Source: Centroscyllium fabricii (Eukaryota). Taken from it: a DNA stretch of 64,000 nt. The stretch is from positions 1 to 64,000 of the forward strand of contig JBNRSN020000904.1 of the NCBI GenBank assembly GCA_051313645.2, written 5' to 3'. The position numbers and the translations under genes were made by a program. Below are positions 36,975 to 49,591 of the stretch, piece after piece; within the stretch, counting starts at the first letter, position 1; each line of letters opens with the position of its first letter. The notes under the pieces are model-generated. The model was not told the origin of the DNA and made no database searches. It was given only the letters and a program-made list of their open reading frames with translations.

Positions 36975-38027
36975 CCGGGAAAAAAATGGTAGTAAGCTGA
37001 TTTTTGCACCAGCTGAGCAGAATGTGCCATAAAACAACATATCCAAAATCCGCTAAAATCTTCTTTGGGGAAAAAATATTATCCAAGATGAGATTTTTAG
37101 TGCCTTTGAAAAGGTGTAGGGGTCAAATAATTTAATTTTGTACTTATCTAAATCACTATAAATTCTTCTAATTCTTCTATAATTTACTCTGGGTCGAGAA
37201 ACAGAGATGCACTTCCTCCTAAAATGCAAAAAATTCGACAAAACAAGGAAAACATACTTTGACAAACTAGGCCTAGAAATCCCAGATTTCAAAGAATTAG
37301 ATGATACCTCAAAACTAAAAATAATCCTTGGCGAGGGAGATAGGGCACAGCTTGGTGCACAATACGTAACATCATGCCACAACCTGAGGGACAGTGAATG
37401 ACCAACATGCACACACATGCACACACACACAGGCAGAGAATGACCAACATTGACTGTGATACTGTTTGAAACTGCATTTAAACTATATCTATTGATGTTA
37501 TTACAGATGCGGTTGTATATATATTGTTAGTACTGTTGTTATTACGTCTACTAATGTACTGTTGTTATTACGTCTACCAATGTATTATTTTATGTATATT
37601 GCAATGCTTTGGCAACAACGGTTGATACCATTCATGCCAATAAAGCTATTTGAATTGAATTGAAAATTGAATTGAATTGAAATTGAATTGGTGGTTTTAG
37701 ATCCGTTGTAGTTTTGGTATTTCATGCGTAAAATGCATTTTTGGGGCTTTTATGAATTGTATTTAGGTTCCAGTCATCACCCCCGCCATTTTTTAAAATA
37801 ATTTTTAACTACTAAGTCTTTGTATTTTCTTTAATGAAGGTGAATTAACCCCCAAAGTCAAATAAAAATCTTACCTTTGACATTTTTGATACAAAAATAT
37901 GCAAAATATTCCAACGCTCATTAAAAATTTTCCCCAGAGCGGAATTTGGCGGATTTTGGATATGTTGTTCTATGATATATACTAATCATCTGGTACAAAA
38001 ATCAGCTTACTACCATTTTCTTCCGGG
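36975..38027. mobile_element. DNA-transposon-like element with long inverted repeats in intron 4
   Basis: about 36975-37060 is an imperfect inverted copy of about 37945-38027 (ATGGTAGTAAGCTGATTTTTG; ACAACATATCCAAAATCCG). Confidence 0.6.
37190..37690 (+). mobile_element. Non-LTR retrotransposon 3' end (RTE-X-like)
   Basis: ETEMHFLLKC C-terminal motif, AATAAA, (AATTG)n tail; related copy at 43855-44367. Confidence 0.65.
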
Positions 38028-38154
38028 TAGCACCACTCTTTCATCCTCAACAACCATACTAAACCCGGCCCTGGTTTATCACTGAGCTTGTCCCCCAGTC
38101 TTGAAGCTACAGTTTCTGACGGAAGGTCACTGTGTGAAGAGGCTGCTTTCAGGG

Positions 38155-38825
38155 TGATACACTATCTATAACTCCAAAAGACTAGAAGTTATGCAAGTAA
38201 TAGACAGGCTTTTATTCGCTAAAGAACAGGAGCACACCTCTGCTGATTGACTGGTCCAGGACTGAAGGGGGGTTGGGAGACGATCACCTTTATACCTGGG
38301 TCCGGGGGAGGAGCCCCAGACGGAGTCAGCAGGGGCATGCCCAGGCAGGTTACATGCAACAGGTAGAGTGAACTATAATACAGTACATAGAAACATAGAA
38401 GATAGGAGCAGGAGTCGGCCATTGGGCCCTTCGAGCCTGCTCCGCCATTCAATGAGATCATGGCTGATCATCCAAACCCAGTACCCCGTCCCTGCCTTGT
38501 CCCCATATCCCTCGATCCCTATCGAGCCTGCACCGACACATATCCCACCCTATCCCCGCAACCCCACACATTCAATCCCCCTAACACTAAGGGTCAACTT
38601 ATCCTGGCCAATCAACCTAACCTGCACATCTTTGGACTGTGGGAGGAAACCGGAGCACCCGGAGGAAACCCACGCAGACACGGGGAGAATGTGCAAACTC
38701 CACACAGATAGTCACCCGAGGCTGGATTTGAACCCGGGTCTCCAGAGCTGTAAGGCAACAGTGCTAACCACTATGCCACCGTGCCGTACAGAGTGAACTA
38801 TAATACAATACAGTGGTTTACCACA
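38155..38825 (-). mobile_element. Solo LTR related to the 29769 Gypsy LTR, containing an HE1 SINE
   Basis: TGATAC..GGCTTTTATTCGCTAAAG..GTGGTTTACCACA; TSD CAGGG/TAGGG. Confidence 0.75.
38385..38787 (-). mobile_element. HE1-like V-SINE
   Basis: Reverse complement of the 5838 family; flanked by duplicated AGAGTGAACTATAATACA. Confidence 0.88.
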
Positions 38826-39096
38826 TAGGGGCTATTTCAATTCGCTATTTTATCGTCTCCAATGAGGCCTTGATTTTTCAGGAAGCCTTTTCCTTGTTTC
38901 AAGTAAGGGTTTCTCTTGGGACATTCAGGGCTGCGATCAAGGAGTGAAGCGGAGATAATTCCACCTCACGCCTCAGTGGGAGCCCCTCTTTGGGCCAGGA
39001 ATTGGGATGCCCTGTTCCATTACTGTCGCTGAACAAAGGGACATCTTTTGACCCGGACTCTACACTCTTATTGGGAGGTCAGAATGCGGCAATTCA

Positions 39097-39873
<777 letters not shown>

Positions 39874-39907
39874 CTAGTCAAGGGACAGTGAACCCTGGAC
39901 AGGAGTC

Positions 39908-40322
39908 ATAGAAACATAAACATAGAAACATAGAAACTAGGAGCAGGAGTAGGCCATTCGGCCCTTCGAGCCTGCTCCGCCATTCAATGAGATCATGGCT
40001 GATCATCCAAACACAGTATCCCGCCCCTGCCCTCTCCCCAAATCCCTCGATCCCTCTCGAGCCTGCACTGACACATATCCCACCCTATCCCCGTAACCCC
40101 ACATATTCAATCCCCCTAACACTAAGGGTCAATTTATCCTGGCCAATCAACCTGACCCGCACATCTTTGGACTGTGGGAGGAAACCGGAGCACCCGGAGG
40201 AAACCCACGCAGACACGGGGAGAATGTGCAAACTCCACACACATAGTACCCGAGGCCGGATTTGAACCCGGGTCTCCAGCGCTGTGAGGCAACAATGCTA
40301 ACCACTGTGCCACCGTGCCGCT
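39908..40322 (-). mobile_element. HE1-like V-SINE
   Basis: Same family as 5838. Confidence 0.88.
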
Positions 40323-40349
40323 CCCCTCCCCCACTGTGTATTTACAGCA

Positions 40350-40880
40350 ATGGGCAGTGAGCAGGAGGTTGGGATTAGACTAGGTGGGATATTAACGGTA
40401 ATGGGTAGTGAGCACGAGATTGGGATTAGACTAGGTGGGATATTAACGGTAATGGGCAGTGAGCAGGAGATTGGGATTAGACTAGGTGGGATATCGACGG
40501 TAATGGGCAGTGAGCAGGAGGTTTGGATTAGACTAGGTGGGATATTAACGGTAATGGGCAGTGAGCAGGAGGTTGGGATTAGACTAGGTGGGATATTAAT
40601 GGTAATGGGCAGTGAGCAGGAGATTGGGATTAGACTAGGTGGGATATTAACGGTAATGGGCAGTGAGCAGGAGGTTGGGATTAGACTAGGTGGGATATTA
40701 ACGGTAATGGGCAGTGAGCAGGAGGTTGGGATTAGACTAGGTGGGATATTAACAGTAATGGGAAGTGAGCAGGAGGTTGGGAATAGACTAGGTGGGATAT
40801 TAACGGTAATGGGCAGTGAGCAGGAGGTTGGGATTAGACTAGGTGGGATATTTACGGTGAGGGGTAGTGTGCAAGCGGTT
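40350..40880. repeat. 51-bp minisatellite, about 10 units, in intron 3
   Basis: ATGGGCAGTGAGCAGGAGGTTGGGATTAGACTAGGTGGGATATTAACGGTA; 17-aa periodic ORFs. Confidence 0.93.
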
Positions 40881-42020
40881 GGGATGAGATTATGTTTCAT
40901 AGATTATCGACTTGGAATGTTGGTAGCAGGTCGACCGTCCATTGTACACCTTGACCGATTATCATTTCCATTGAGTTCTATTCCATTACAGGACTGACAG
41001 AACATTACAGGCTGCTTGCTGTAATTTCCGGAAGTGCTGTCCCGGGGAGTGAGGCTCCACGACCGGTTCTACAGCCAGGATTGGGAATCTGCCAAAGCTG
41101 TAATTTACCCCCGGTGATGCGGGGGGAGTAGAAACCTGCTCAGCGTCGGGTTTTCAATCCTCGTTCTTTCGGGGTTAGTTTTCCTGTTCGTGTCTCATAC
41201 ATTTTAACTATTTTGTCTTTGTTCTTGAAATGCCTCTCATTTATTCCACAGATGATTTTTGTCATCTCTCGTTTCCTTCATTTACTTTAAGTAGTTTGCA
41301 GGTCAGTAAACTCACGACGTTCCCATTAATCCCTGCCTATTGCCTCTGGCCTCTCCTTTTCCCAGTCCCACTAAAACTGTTCCCTTTGTTGTCAGTCCAC
41401 AGAGAGTTCTCTCCGAACCGTTCCCCTGTCCTTTGTACAGATGCTGTCTGATCCATTGGGTATTTTCACCTCTTCATATCATTGTTTCAGATTCACAATA
41501 TTTTCAGTTTTATCTATTTATTTCCTACTTGACGAGTTTCTCTTCGGTAACATTCTGTGAGTCTAAGATCTGATATCCTGTCAGTTCTGGGATGTTTGGA
41601 TAATCCAGACTCATTCTGTGTCCCTCCCACTTACCCGATGTTCTTGTCCAGTGAAATGCTTCTCGTATGTTAACAACGAGCTGACCCCGTCCACCCCTCC
41701 TTCAATCGCCTGTTCCAGTCTGTCCCGGTAGAATTTCGTCAACTGGAAGAGTTGGTAATCGTCGCACTTTGTCAGGAACTCAGTGATTGTGGAGTTCGGG
41801 TCGGTGTCCAGTCAAGATACAGACTGTCCCTGGTGAGATGGGCTAGTTGGTGGGAGTTTGGGAGATGGGACAGTGGGAGCCTGGGCGATGGAGCATTGGG
41901 ATTTGTCGTGGAGTTTGTAGGGAACCAGGGCTGGAAGGCGCAGATGGAGCTGGGAGACCAGTTGAGTTCAGGGTGTTCAGGGCTTGAGTGGTGATCTAGT
42001 GGAGCGCAACGCACGCTTCT

Positions 42021-42487
42021 TATAGAAACATAGAAATATAGAAACTAGGAGCAGGAGTAGGCCATTCGGCCCTTCGAGCCTGCTCCGCCATTCAATGAGA
42101 TCATGGCTGATCATCCAAACCCAGCACCCCGCCCCTGCCCTCACCCCATATCCCTCGATCCCTATCGAGCCTCCATCGACACATATCCCACCCTATCCCC
42201 GTAACCCCACCTATTTAATCTCCCTAACACTAAGGGTCAATTTATCCTGGCCAATCAACCTAACCTGCACATCTTTGGACTGTGGGAGGAAACCGGAGCA
42301 CCCGGAGGAAACCCACGCAGACACGGGGAGAATGTGCAAACTCCACACAGATAGTCACCCGAGGCCGGATTTGAACCCGGGTCTCCAGTGCTGTGAGACA
42401 TCAGTGCTAACCACTGTGCCACCGTGCCGCCGTGCCGCCGTGCCGCCGTGCCGCCGTGCCGCCGTGCCGCCGTGCCGCCGTGTCGCC
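42021..42487 (-). mobile_element. HE1-like V-SINE with reiterated 5' octamer
   Basis: (CCGTGCCG)n at about 42422-42482; empty site in the pseudogene near 59275. Confidence 0.88.
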
Positions 42488-42714
42488 CTATACAGAACCC
42501 TCCGATTTTCAGCAGGCGGGCAATCAGTCAAACCGGATTTGCGCCCGGGCGGCGAGGACGAAAATCGAGCCCGCCCCGCCTAACCGGAGTGTCCGCCCAT
42601 CTACCGCTGAAATCAGGGCGGCCAATCAGGAGCCTTCCCCAGTAAATTCCAGGTCATTGTTGGCAGGAATGTAATTGGTCTCTTTTTTTGTGAATGGAAA
42701 TATGGGAGTGACAT

Positions 42715-43003
42715 TGTGGGGGACCTTAGGTTCCCACTCTTAAATTATCGAGAAACGGAGGGAAGCAGAGGAGCAAAATCCAGTAAGTCTTTATTCAAGT
42801 ACAACAACGTAGAACTGAGAGAAAACGGCACGAAAACGCAAAGCACGGTGGGGGCCTCTTGAGTGACAGCCCTACGGACCAATGGGGGACCGTAACCGTT
42901 GACCTAACTTGACCAATAGGCGAACGGGGGAGGGCCCGCTCGGGTAAGGTGGATTCTGAGGTCCTAGAGAGATCGGATGACTCTCTGGAGTGGCTACGCT
43001 ACA
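42715..43003 (-). mobile_element. Solo LTR in intron 3
   Basis: TG..CA, TSD ACAT; empty site in the pseudogene at about 57782. Confidence 0.82.
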
Positions 43004-43153
43004 ACATCAACAACTGATACTGGAGTGACTGAGCAGGTTCTGTGCGCTTGGGACACTTTGCCCGATACAAGGCTTTCCATGATATAATTAGAACTGGATA
43101 GTGGGAGAAGGTGAGGCCGGAAATCCACGGCACACCGACGCGACAGAACCTAC

Positions 43154-43302
43154 CAGCTTGCGGAGGCGATCCAGGACCAGATCCACAATCTCTTTGCCGA
43201 TGGAGCAGTGTCCCCGGGCGTAGTTGTTGGCCGCGTCCTCCTTGCCGGTGATGAGTTGCTCGGGGTGAAAGAGCTGGCGGTAGGTGCCGGTGCGGACCTC
43301 AT
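43154..43302 (-). CDS. TUBA: Alpha-tubulin exon 3 (149 bp)
   Basis: cag|AT GAG GTC..CTG|gtagg; [49 protein letters not shown]. Confidence 0.96.
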
Positions 43303-43483
43303 CTGGAGGCAGAGAACGGGGAATTCAAAACAGGAACACAGAACATTCCAGTCACTTAAATAACAACAGAAAATGCTGGAAAAACTCAGCAGGCCAGGCA
43401 ACATCCGTGGAGAGAAATATAGAGTCGACGTTTCGGGTCAGGACCCTTTGTCAAGACTAAAGCCAGGAAATGAAAGAGGGAGG

Positions 43484-43760
43484 TGTAATAAAATCTGTTG
43501 TCTGTATGTATTCGTTGGCACTCATGTATATTATCCTCCCCCACTGTGCATAGTTTCACTTCCTGTTCCCTGACGATACCTGGGAGATTCCAGGAATTGG
43601 CTTTGGCTCCACCCCTGGCTCACCTTACATAAAGATCCAGGATCTGTATAACTCATTCCTGTGAGACAGCCGTCGAGATGTGAGCTCTAATTCTTAGTGA
43701 TTAAAAGCCTTTCTGTTTAAGTCTATAACTTCTAGTTTTGTAGTTATTGAAGGCCCATCA
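43484..43760 (+). mobile_element. Solo LTR in intron 2, shared with the pseudogene (56153-56428)
   Basis: TG..CA; TSD GGAGG/GTAGG here and perfect CCTAC in the duplicate. Confidence 0.8.
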
Positions 43761-43854
43761 GTAGGAAGCGAAGGGAAAACAAAATAGAAAAGAGACATTC
43801 AGGCCTCATTGAAATGCGTTTAGTGAGAGCGCGGACTGAGCAACCCATCAGCAT

Positions 43855-44367
43855 TCAATTCAATTCAATTCAATTCAATTAAATTCAAATTGCTTTATTG
43901 GCATGACAAGATACATCTTATGTTGCCAAAGCACAGAAAAAGGACATATACAATTGAACATACAAACGCAGGTCCAGACATACAGTGAATGGATAAATAT
44001 GCAAACGTATACATATATACCCACATATAAATCTCATATAATCTTTACTTAGCTTCAGTGGTCACTGGTTGTCCCTCTGCTTATGGCAAGCTGTGACGTA
44101 GTTTGCCGATAATTTTACACAGTCCCTCTGTTCCCCCAATAGATATGGGAGTTTTTGGTGGTCGTTCAAATTTTTGAATTCAGGGCATGTTTTTACGAAT
44201 TTTGGGTAGAAATTCCTCCTTATGCCCTGATAGTTTTCACAAGTTGTGAGGAAATGTAGCTCTGTCTCCACCACTCCCTGACTGCAGTGAGAGCACAGCC
44301 TTTCCTCTCTGGGCAGCCAAGTCTGTCTGTGTCTGCCTTTTTCAATGGCTAGGCTGTGCTCACTAAG
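43855..44367 (-). mobile_element. Non-LTR retrotransposon 3' end (RTE-X-like)
   Basis: ORF 44062..44274 VETELHFLTTC; (AATTG)n tail on the minus strand. Confidence 0.65.
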
Positions 44368-44368
44368 T

Positions 44369-44865
44369 GGGAGGCGGTGGCGTAGTGGTTATGTCACTAG
44401 ACTAGTAAGCCAGAGGCTCAGTCAAATGCTCTGAGGATATGGGTTCAAATCCCACCACGGCAGCTGGTGGAATTTAAAATTCAATTCAATTTAATTCTGG
44501 AATTAAATGCTAGTCTTTGTAATGGCGACCATGATACCATTGTCGATTGTTGCAAAAACCCATCTGGTTCACCAATGTCCTTTAGGGAAGGAAATCTGCC
44601 GTCCTTACCTGGTCTGGCCGACATGTGACGCCAGACCCACAGCAATGTGGTTGACTCTTAATGCCCTCTGAAATGGCCCAGCAAGCCACTCAGTTGTAAA
44701 CAACCGCTATGCAACATTGTGGGTGTACCTACACCAGATGGACTGCAGCGGTTCAAGAAGGCGGCTCACCACCATCTTATCAAGGGCAATTAGGGATGGG
44801 CACTAAATGCAGGCCTAGCCAGCCAGCGACGCCCGCATCCCATCAACAAATAAAAGAAAAAAAAA
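44369..44865 (+). mobile_element. tRNA-derived SINE (family not assigned)
   Basis: A/B-box-like head GGTGGCGTAGTGG..GGGTTCAAATCCCACC, LINE-like tail, A-rich end; second copy at about 56608-56965. Confidence 0.75.
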
Positions 44866-44873
44866 GTCTGCAC

Positions 44874-45155
44874 TGTGGTAACTGTAATTACCACTGTAAA
44901 TAGTTAAGCACACTATAGACCAGCATGTATAGTGGCTGGGTGCATTGTACATAGTTTTGTATCACGACACTGTCGCGAGGTCAGGTCAGCCACACCTCTA
45001 ACTCCTCCCCTCAGGTGAGTGCCTCATAGGTGGGGTTTGACCTGCCCCCATTCATTCTGTACTCGATGTTCGACTGGAGAGTAGCTCCATTGTAAAGTGA
45101 ATAAAAGCCTCCAGTTAAGGTAACTACTCGTCTTTGCTTCATTGACGATACGTCA
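44874..45155 (+). mobile_element. Solo LTR (same family as 49621-49901)
   Basis: TG..CA; perfect 5-bp TSD TGCAC. Confidence 0.85.
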
Positions 45156-45282
45156 TGCACATTGTCAGGGTTTTTCTCAGTTTGCTATCTTTCACCATGG
45201 TCAGGTAATCAGCCATGGTGTACGGTCTGTTTAGGGCCAAATAACAATCTAGTTTGCTTTGGGTTTTTGTCACTCCCCTTAC

Positions 45283-45505
45283 CAATCACAGTGGGCTCCA
45301 GATCTATAAACACGGCTCGGGGAACGTGCTTGCCCGCCCCCGTCTCGCTGAAGAAGGTGTTGAAGGAGTCGTCGCCACCTCCGATGGTCTTGTCACTGGG
45401 CATCTGCCCGTCCGGCTGGATGCCATGCTCCAGGCAATACAGCTCCCAGCAAGCGTTGCCGACCTGCACGCCCGCCTGGCCAATGTGGACTGAAATACAC
45501 TCGCG
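45283..45505 (-). CDS. TUBA: Alpha-tubulin exon 2 (223 bp)
   Basis: tttag|CGC GAG TGT..ATT G|gtaag; [46 protein letters not shown] (K40 present). Confidence 0.97.
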
Positions 45506-46037
45506 CTAAAGAGGGCAGAACACAGGATTATTCACACAGCTCGGAGGGCAATGCTTCATATAGTCAGTGGGGGTGGAAGGAGAAGGGTATGTGGGCAGCG
45601 ACACGTTCTGTAACAGGAAGCTGTGTGTGTGTGGGAAGTGGGGAAGATGCTGGAGTCCACAATATAAAATGTAATAGCTGAGCATTGAAAATCAGTGGCA
45701 GGATCGGACAAAGTCAACATGGATTTACAAAAGGTAAATCGTGCTTGACTAATCTACTGGAATTTTTTGAGGATGTAACTGGGAATATTGGTCAGGGAGA
45801 ACCAGTAGATGTGGTGTACTTAGACTTTCAGAAGGTGTTCAACAAGGTCCCGCACAAGAGATTAGCATATAAAGTTAGGGCACATGGGATTGGGGGCAAG
45901 GTATTGACTTGGATTGAGAATTGGTTGGCGGACAGAAAGCAGAGAGTAGGAGTAAATGGGTCTTTTTCCGAGTGGCAGGCAGTGACTAGTGGGGTACCGC
46001 AGGGATCGGTCCTGGGACCCCAGCTAGTCACAATATA

Positions 46038-46243
46038 AAGTCACACAACAACAGGTTATAGTCCAACAGTTTTAGTTTAAATCACAAGCTTTCAGAGCTT
46101 CTGCCCCTTCGTCAGGTGAAAGAGAGAAGGGGCAGAAGCTCCGAAAGCTTGTGATTTAAAATAAAACTGTTGGACTATAACCTGGTGTTGTGTGACTTCT
46201 TGAAATTGTCCACCCCAGTCCAACACCAGCACCTCCACATCAT
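46038..46243. mobile_element. Fold-back Penelope-like insertion with hammerhead motif (46082-46119, minus)
   Basis: about 75-bp inverted arms; flanking direct repeat TCACAATATA. Confidence 0.75.
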
Positions 46244-46821
46244 TCACAATATACATTAATGTCTCCAAGTTTGCGGATGACACAAAGCTGGGAGGGCGTG
46301 TGTGCTGCGAGGAGGATTCCAGGAAGCTCCAGGATGATTTGGACAGGTTGGGCGAGTGGGCTGAGATGTGGCAGATGCAGTATGATGTGGATAAATGCGA
46401 GGTTATCCACTTTGGGGGCAGAAACAGAAATGCCGACTATTATCTGAATGGCAATAGATTGGGAGAAGGGGAAGTACAACGAGACCTGGGTGTCCTTGTG
46501 CACCAGTCACTGAAGGTGAGCATGCAGGTGCAGCAGGCGGTGAAGAAGACAAATGGTATGTTGGCCTTCGTAGCGAAAGGGTTTGAGTACAGGAACAGGG
46601 AGGTCTTGCTGCAGTTGTACAGGGCCTTGGTGAGACCACACCTTGAGTACTGTGTGCAATTTTGGTCTCCTTATCTAAGGAAGGACGTTCTTGCCATGGA
46701 GGGAGTGCAGAGAAAATTCACCAGACTGATACCTGGGATGGCAGGATTGACGTATGAGGAGAGACTGGGTAGACTGGGTTTGTACTCTCTGGAGTTTAGA
46801 AGATTGAGAGGGGATCTTATT

Positions 46822-47375
46822 GAGCCTGTGTCGGGAGCTGGAGCTCCGTGAGCCTGTGTCGGGAGCTGGAGCTCCGGGGGCCTGTGTCGGGAGCTGGAGC
46901 TTCGGGGAGCCTGTGTTGGGCGCTGGAGCTTCGGGGAGCCTGTGTCGGGCGCTGGAGCTTCGGGGAGCCTGTGTCGGGCGCTGGAGCTCCGGGAGCCTGT
47001 GTCGGGAGCTGGAGTTCGGAGCTCAGGGGAGCCGGGACGGAGCACTCGGAGAGGGCTAGGCTTCAGGCCGCTGCGCCCGGAGATCGGAGTTCCGTGGATT
47101 CGGGGAGTCGGACTGAGAGCGGCCACGCTAGGAACAGTGGCAGAGCGAATTGACTGGGCGAGAGAGGACAATTTTACCAACGGTTGAGTGGCCAGAGCAG
47201 GAACGGGATACTCGATGATGGCGCCGTAATTTGGCTGACGTCTTGCGGGCTCGTTCGCGCCGGGCAGCTTAAGTGTTGCGCGGTTGTTGTTGTTGCACGG
47301 TGTGTCAGGTAGCAGTAAGCATTTCGTTGTATGGTGTTTGTTCACTGTACAATGACAAATAAAAAAATTGAACTT
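46822..47375 (+). mobile_element. SINE-like insertion with GC-rich 28-29-bp tandem head
   Basis: (GAGCCTGTGTCGGGAGCTGGAGCTCCGG)n; AATAAA plus TTGAA tail; 3' part resembles 54536-54780 reversed. Confidence 0.6.
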
Positions 47376-47672
47376 GAAACGTATAAAATTCTAACTGGTC
47401 TGGACAAACTTGATGCAGGAAGAATGTTCCCGATGATTGGAGAGTCCAGAACCAGGAGTTATCGTCCAAGGATAAGGGATAACTCATTTAGGACTGAGAT
47501 GAGGAGGAATTTCTTCACCCAGAGAGTGGTGAACCTGTGGAATTCTCCGCCACAGAGGGCGGTGGAGGCTAGTTCATTGAATATATTCAAGAAGGAGCGG
47601 ATGTATTTCTTAAGGCTAAAGGGATAAAGGGATGTGGGGAGAGGGCAGGAACAGGGTACTGAGTTTGGATGG

Positions 47673-47920
47673 TGATGCGCCAATCAATCACGCCAGTCTT
47701 TCGTGGATCGTAATCAAAGGCTTTTATTCGCTAAGAACAAGACCTGGTCCGCGATGAGTCCTGCCCGGAATGAGAGTCAGGTGGGCGGAGCATCCTCCTT
47801 TATACTCATACCCGGAGGCGGGGTCAGCTGGTCCAGGTGCTTACAGAAAGGAACAACTTTATTAACACAAACTATATACAATAATAACACAGTGTGAACT
47901 TCACTAAATGGTTCACCACA
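47673..47920 (-). mobile_element. Solo LTR
   Basis: TG..CA; TSD GATGG/GATGA; GGCTTTTATTCGCTAA motif. Confidence 0.75.
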
Positions 47921-48274
47921 GATGATGAGCCATGATCTCATTGAATGGCGGAGCAGGCTCGAGGGGCCGAATGGCCGACTCCTGCTCCTATCTTCTATGT
48001 TTCTATGTCCCATCCGTTCCCGCATTCCATGTGGACCCTCACTCCCTGCAGATTGCCCCAAGGTCTCAGTGGACCCCAATTGCTGTGTGGATCTCCCATT
48101 CCTGGTGAACTATTGGATCCTGTAAGCACCACCCCCTCTCCTGTGATTGATCCCTGTGGATCTCCCGTCTCTCTCTGGATCCCTCCACTCTCTCTGCAGA
48201 TCCCTCTCTACCTGTAGACCTCTCTATCCCTGTGGGGACACCGCCGCTCTCTCCATTTCACCCAGTGCGCTTAC

Positions 48275-48277
48275 CAT
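48275..48277 (-). CDS. TUBA: Alpha-tubulin exon 1 coding part (ATG only)
   Basis: ..GGACAGC ATG|gtaagc; vertebrate alpha-tubulins have an intron directly after ATG; same context conserved in the duplicate at 52634. Confidence 0.88.
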
Positions 48278-48338
48278 GCTGTCCTTCTATTCTCGCGGCT
48301 CCTGACAACGTGCTGCATGTGTGTTGCCCCCCGCCCTG

Positions 48339-48480
48339 TTTTATACCGCATCCCATTGAGGCAAACCCGGCTCTGATTGGCCCCTGAGAACAAAAGGGGG
48401 GCGGTTGCTTGGAGCAACATCAACAAAAAGTCACAACGGTGCTCAGCGCGGATTGGCTGCTTTGTGCAAAAGGCGGGGAC
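48339..48480 (-). promoter_or_regulatory. Alpha-tubulin promoter: TATA, two CCAAT boxes, GC box
   Basis: TATAAAA 48345-48339; CCAATC at about 48375-48380 and 48451-48456; GGCGGG at about 48472. Confidence 0.75.
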
Positions 48481-48586
48481 CAAGTGTTGGCAACAATGGG
48501 CTATGGGAGGAGCTCCAGGCAACCAGGGAGACTGGCTGTGCCTGCCTTGTATTGGTTAATTAATGTTTATTGATGACATGTATTGT

Positions 48587-48839
48587 TGTAGTGCTTACAG
48601 GACCCAAGGATCAAGCAGGAGCCGAAGAGGGACGATCAACCCTTGTTTATTCAACCAAACTTTAACAGAAAGAGAGTGAGCCACGAGGAGCAGGCTCTTT
48701 TAAAGCCCCCGCTCTGCAACCTCTGACCTCTGACGTCATCACGCTGAGACGTGATGACATCATCACGTCAATCCCGGTGGGCGGGGCTATGCCCCGCAGT
48801 ATTCCCGAAGGCGGATTCGCCAGCCAGCGATCCGCCACA
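48587..48839 (-). mobile_element. Solo LTR (same family as 61819-62054)
   Basis: TG..CA; TSD TTGT/TTAT; contains TGACGTCA at 48731. Confidence 0.75.
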
Positions 48840-48924
48840 TTATCATCAATATAAATTTATCAAATTTGGAGATATTACATCCAATTCCCTTGTCTAGATC
48901 ATTACTAACAATGCCCCCTTACTA

Positions 48925-49459
48925 ACATAGAAACATAGAAGATAGTAGCAGGAGTAGGCCATTCGGCCCCTCGAGCCTGCTCCGCCATTCAATGAGATCA
49001 TGGCTGATCATCCAAACCCAGTACCCTGTCCCTGCCTTCTCCCCATATCCCTTGATCCCTTTAGCCTTAAGAAATATATCCAACTCCTTCTTGAGTATAT
49101 TTAATGAATTGGCCTCAACTGCCTTCTGTGGTAGAGAATTCCACAGGTTCACCGTTCTCTGGGTGAAGAAATTCCTCCTCATCTGTGTCCTAAATGGCTT
49201 ACCCATTATCCTTAGACTATGACCCCTGGTTCTGGACTCCCCGACCATCGGGAACATCCTTCCTGCATCTAGTCTGTCCAGACCTGTTAGAATTTTATAA
49301 GTTTCGATGAGATCCCCTCTCATTCTTCTAAACTCCAGCAAGTACAAACCCAATCGACCCGATCTCTCCTCGTACGTCATTCCTGCCATCCCAGGTATCA
49401 GCCTGGTGAATCTTCGCTGCAGTCCCGCCATGGCAAGAACATCCTTCCTCAGATAAGGA
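48925..49459 (-). mobile_element. CR1 3' fragment
   Basis: ORF 48922..49542 core; TSD CTTACTA. Confidence 0.9.
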
Positions 49460-49591
49460 CTTACTAGAGGGGCACAACACATAAACCGTAAATCCCCCAA
49501 GTGTAGGCAACAATGGGCTATGGGAGGAGCTCTCGGCAACAAGGGAGACTGGCTTTGTCTGCATTGTGTTGGTTAAGTAACGTTTATTGAT

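Larger units (their letters stand above)
45627..48006 (+). mobile_element. CR1 LINE in intron 1 with three nested insertions
   Basis: RT pieces in ORFs 45685, 46300 and 47331; absent at the homologous site in the pseudogene (about 55700). Confidence 0.9.

Noticed and set aside
40298-40997. 200-aa repetitive ORFs on both strands
   Set aside because: Products of the 51-bp minisatellite
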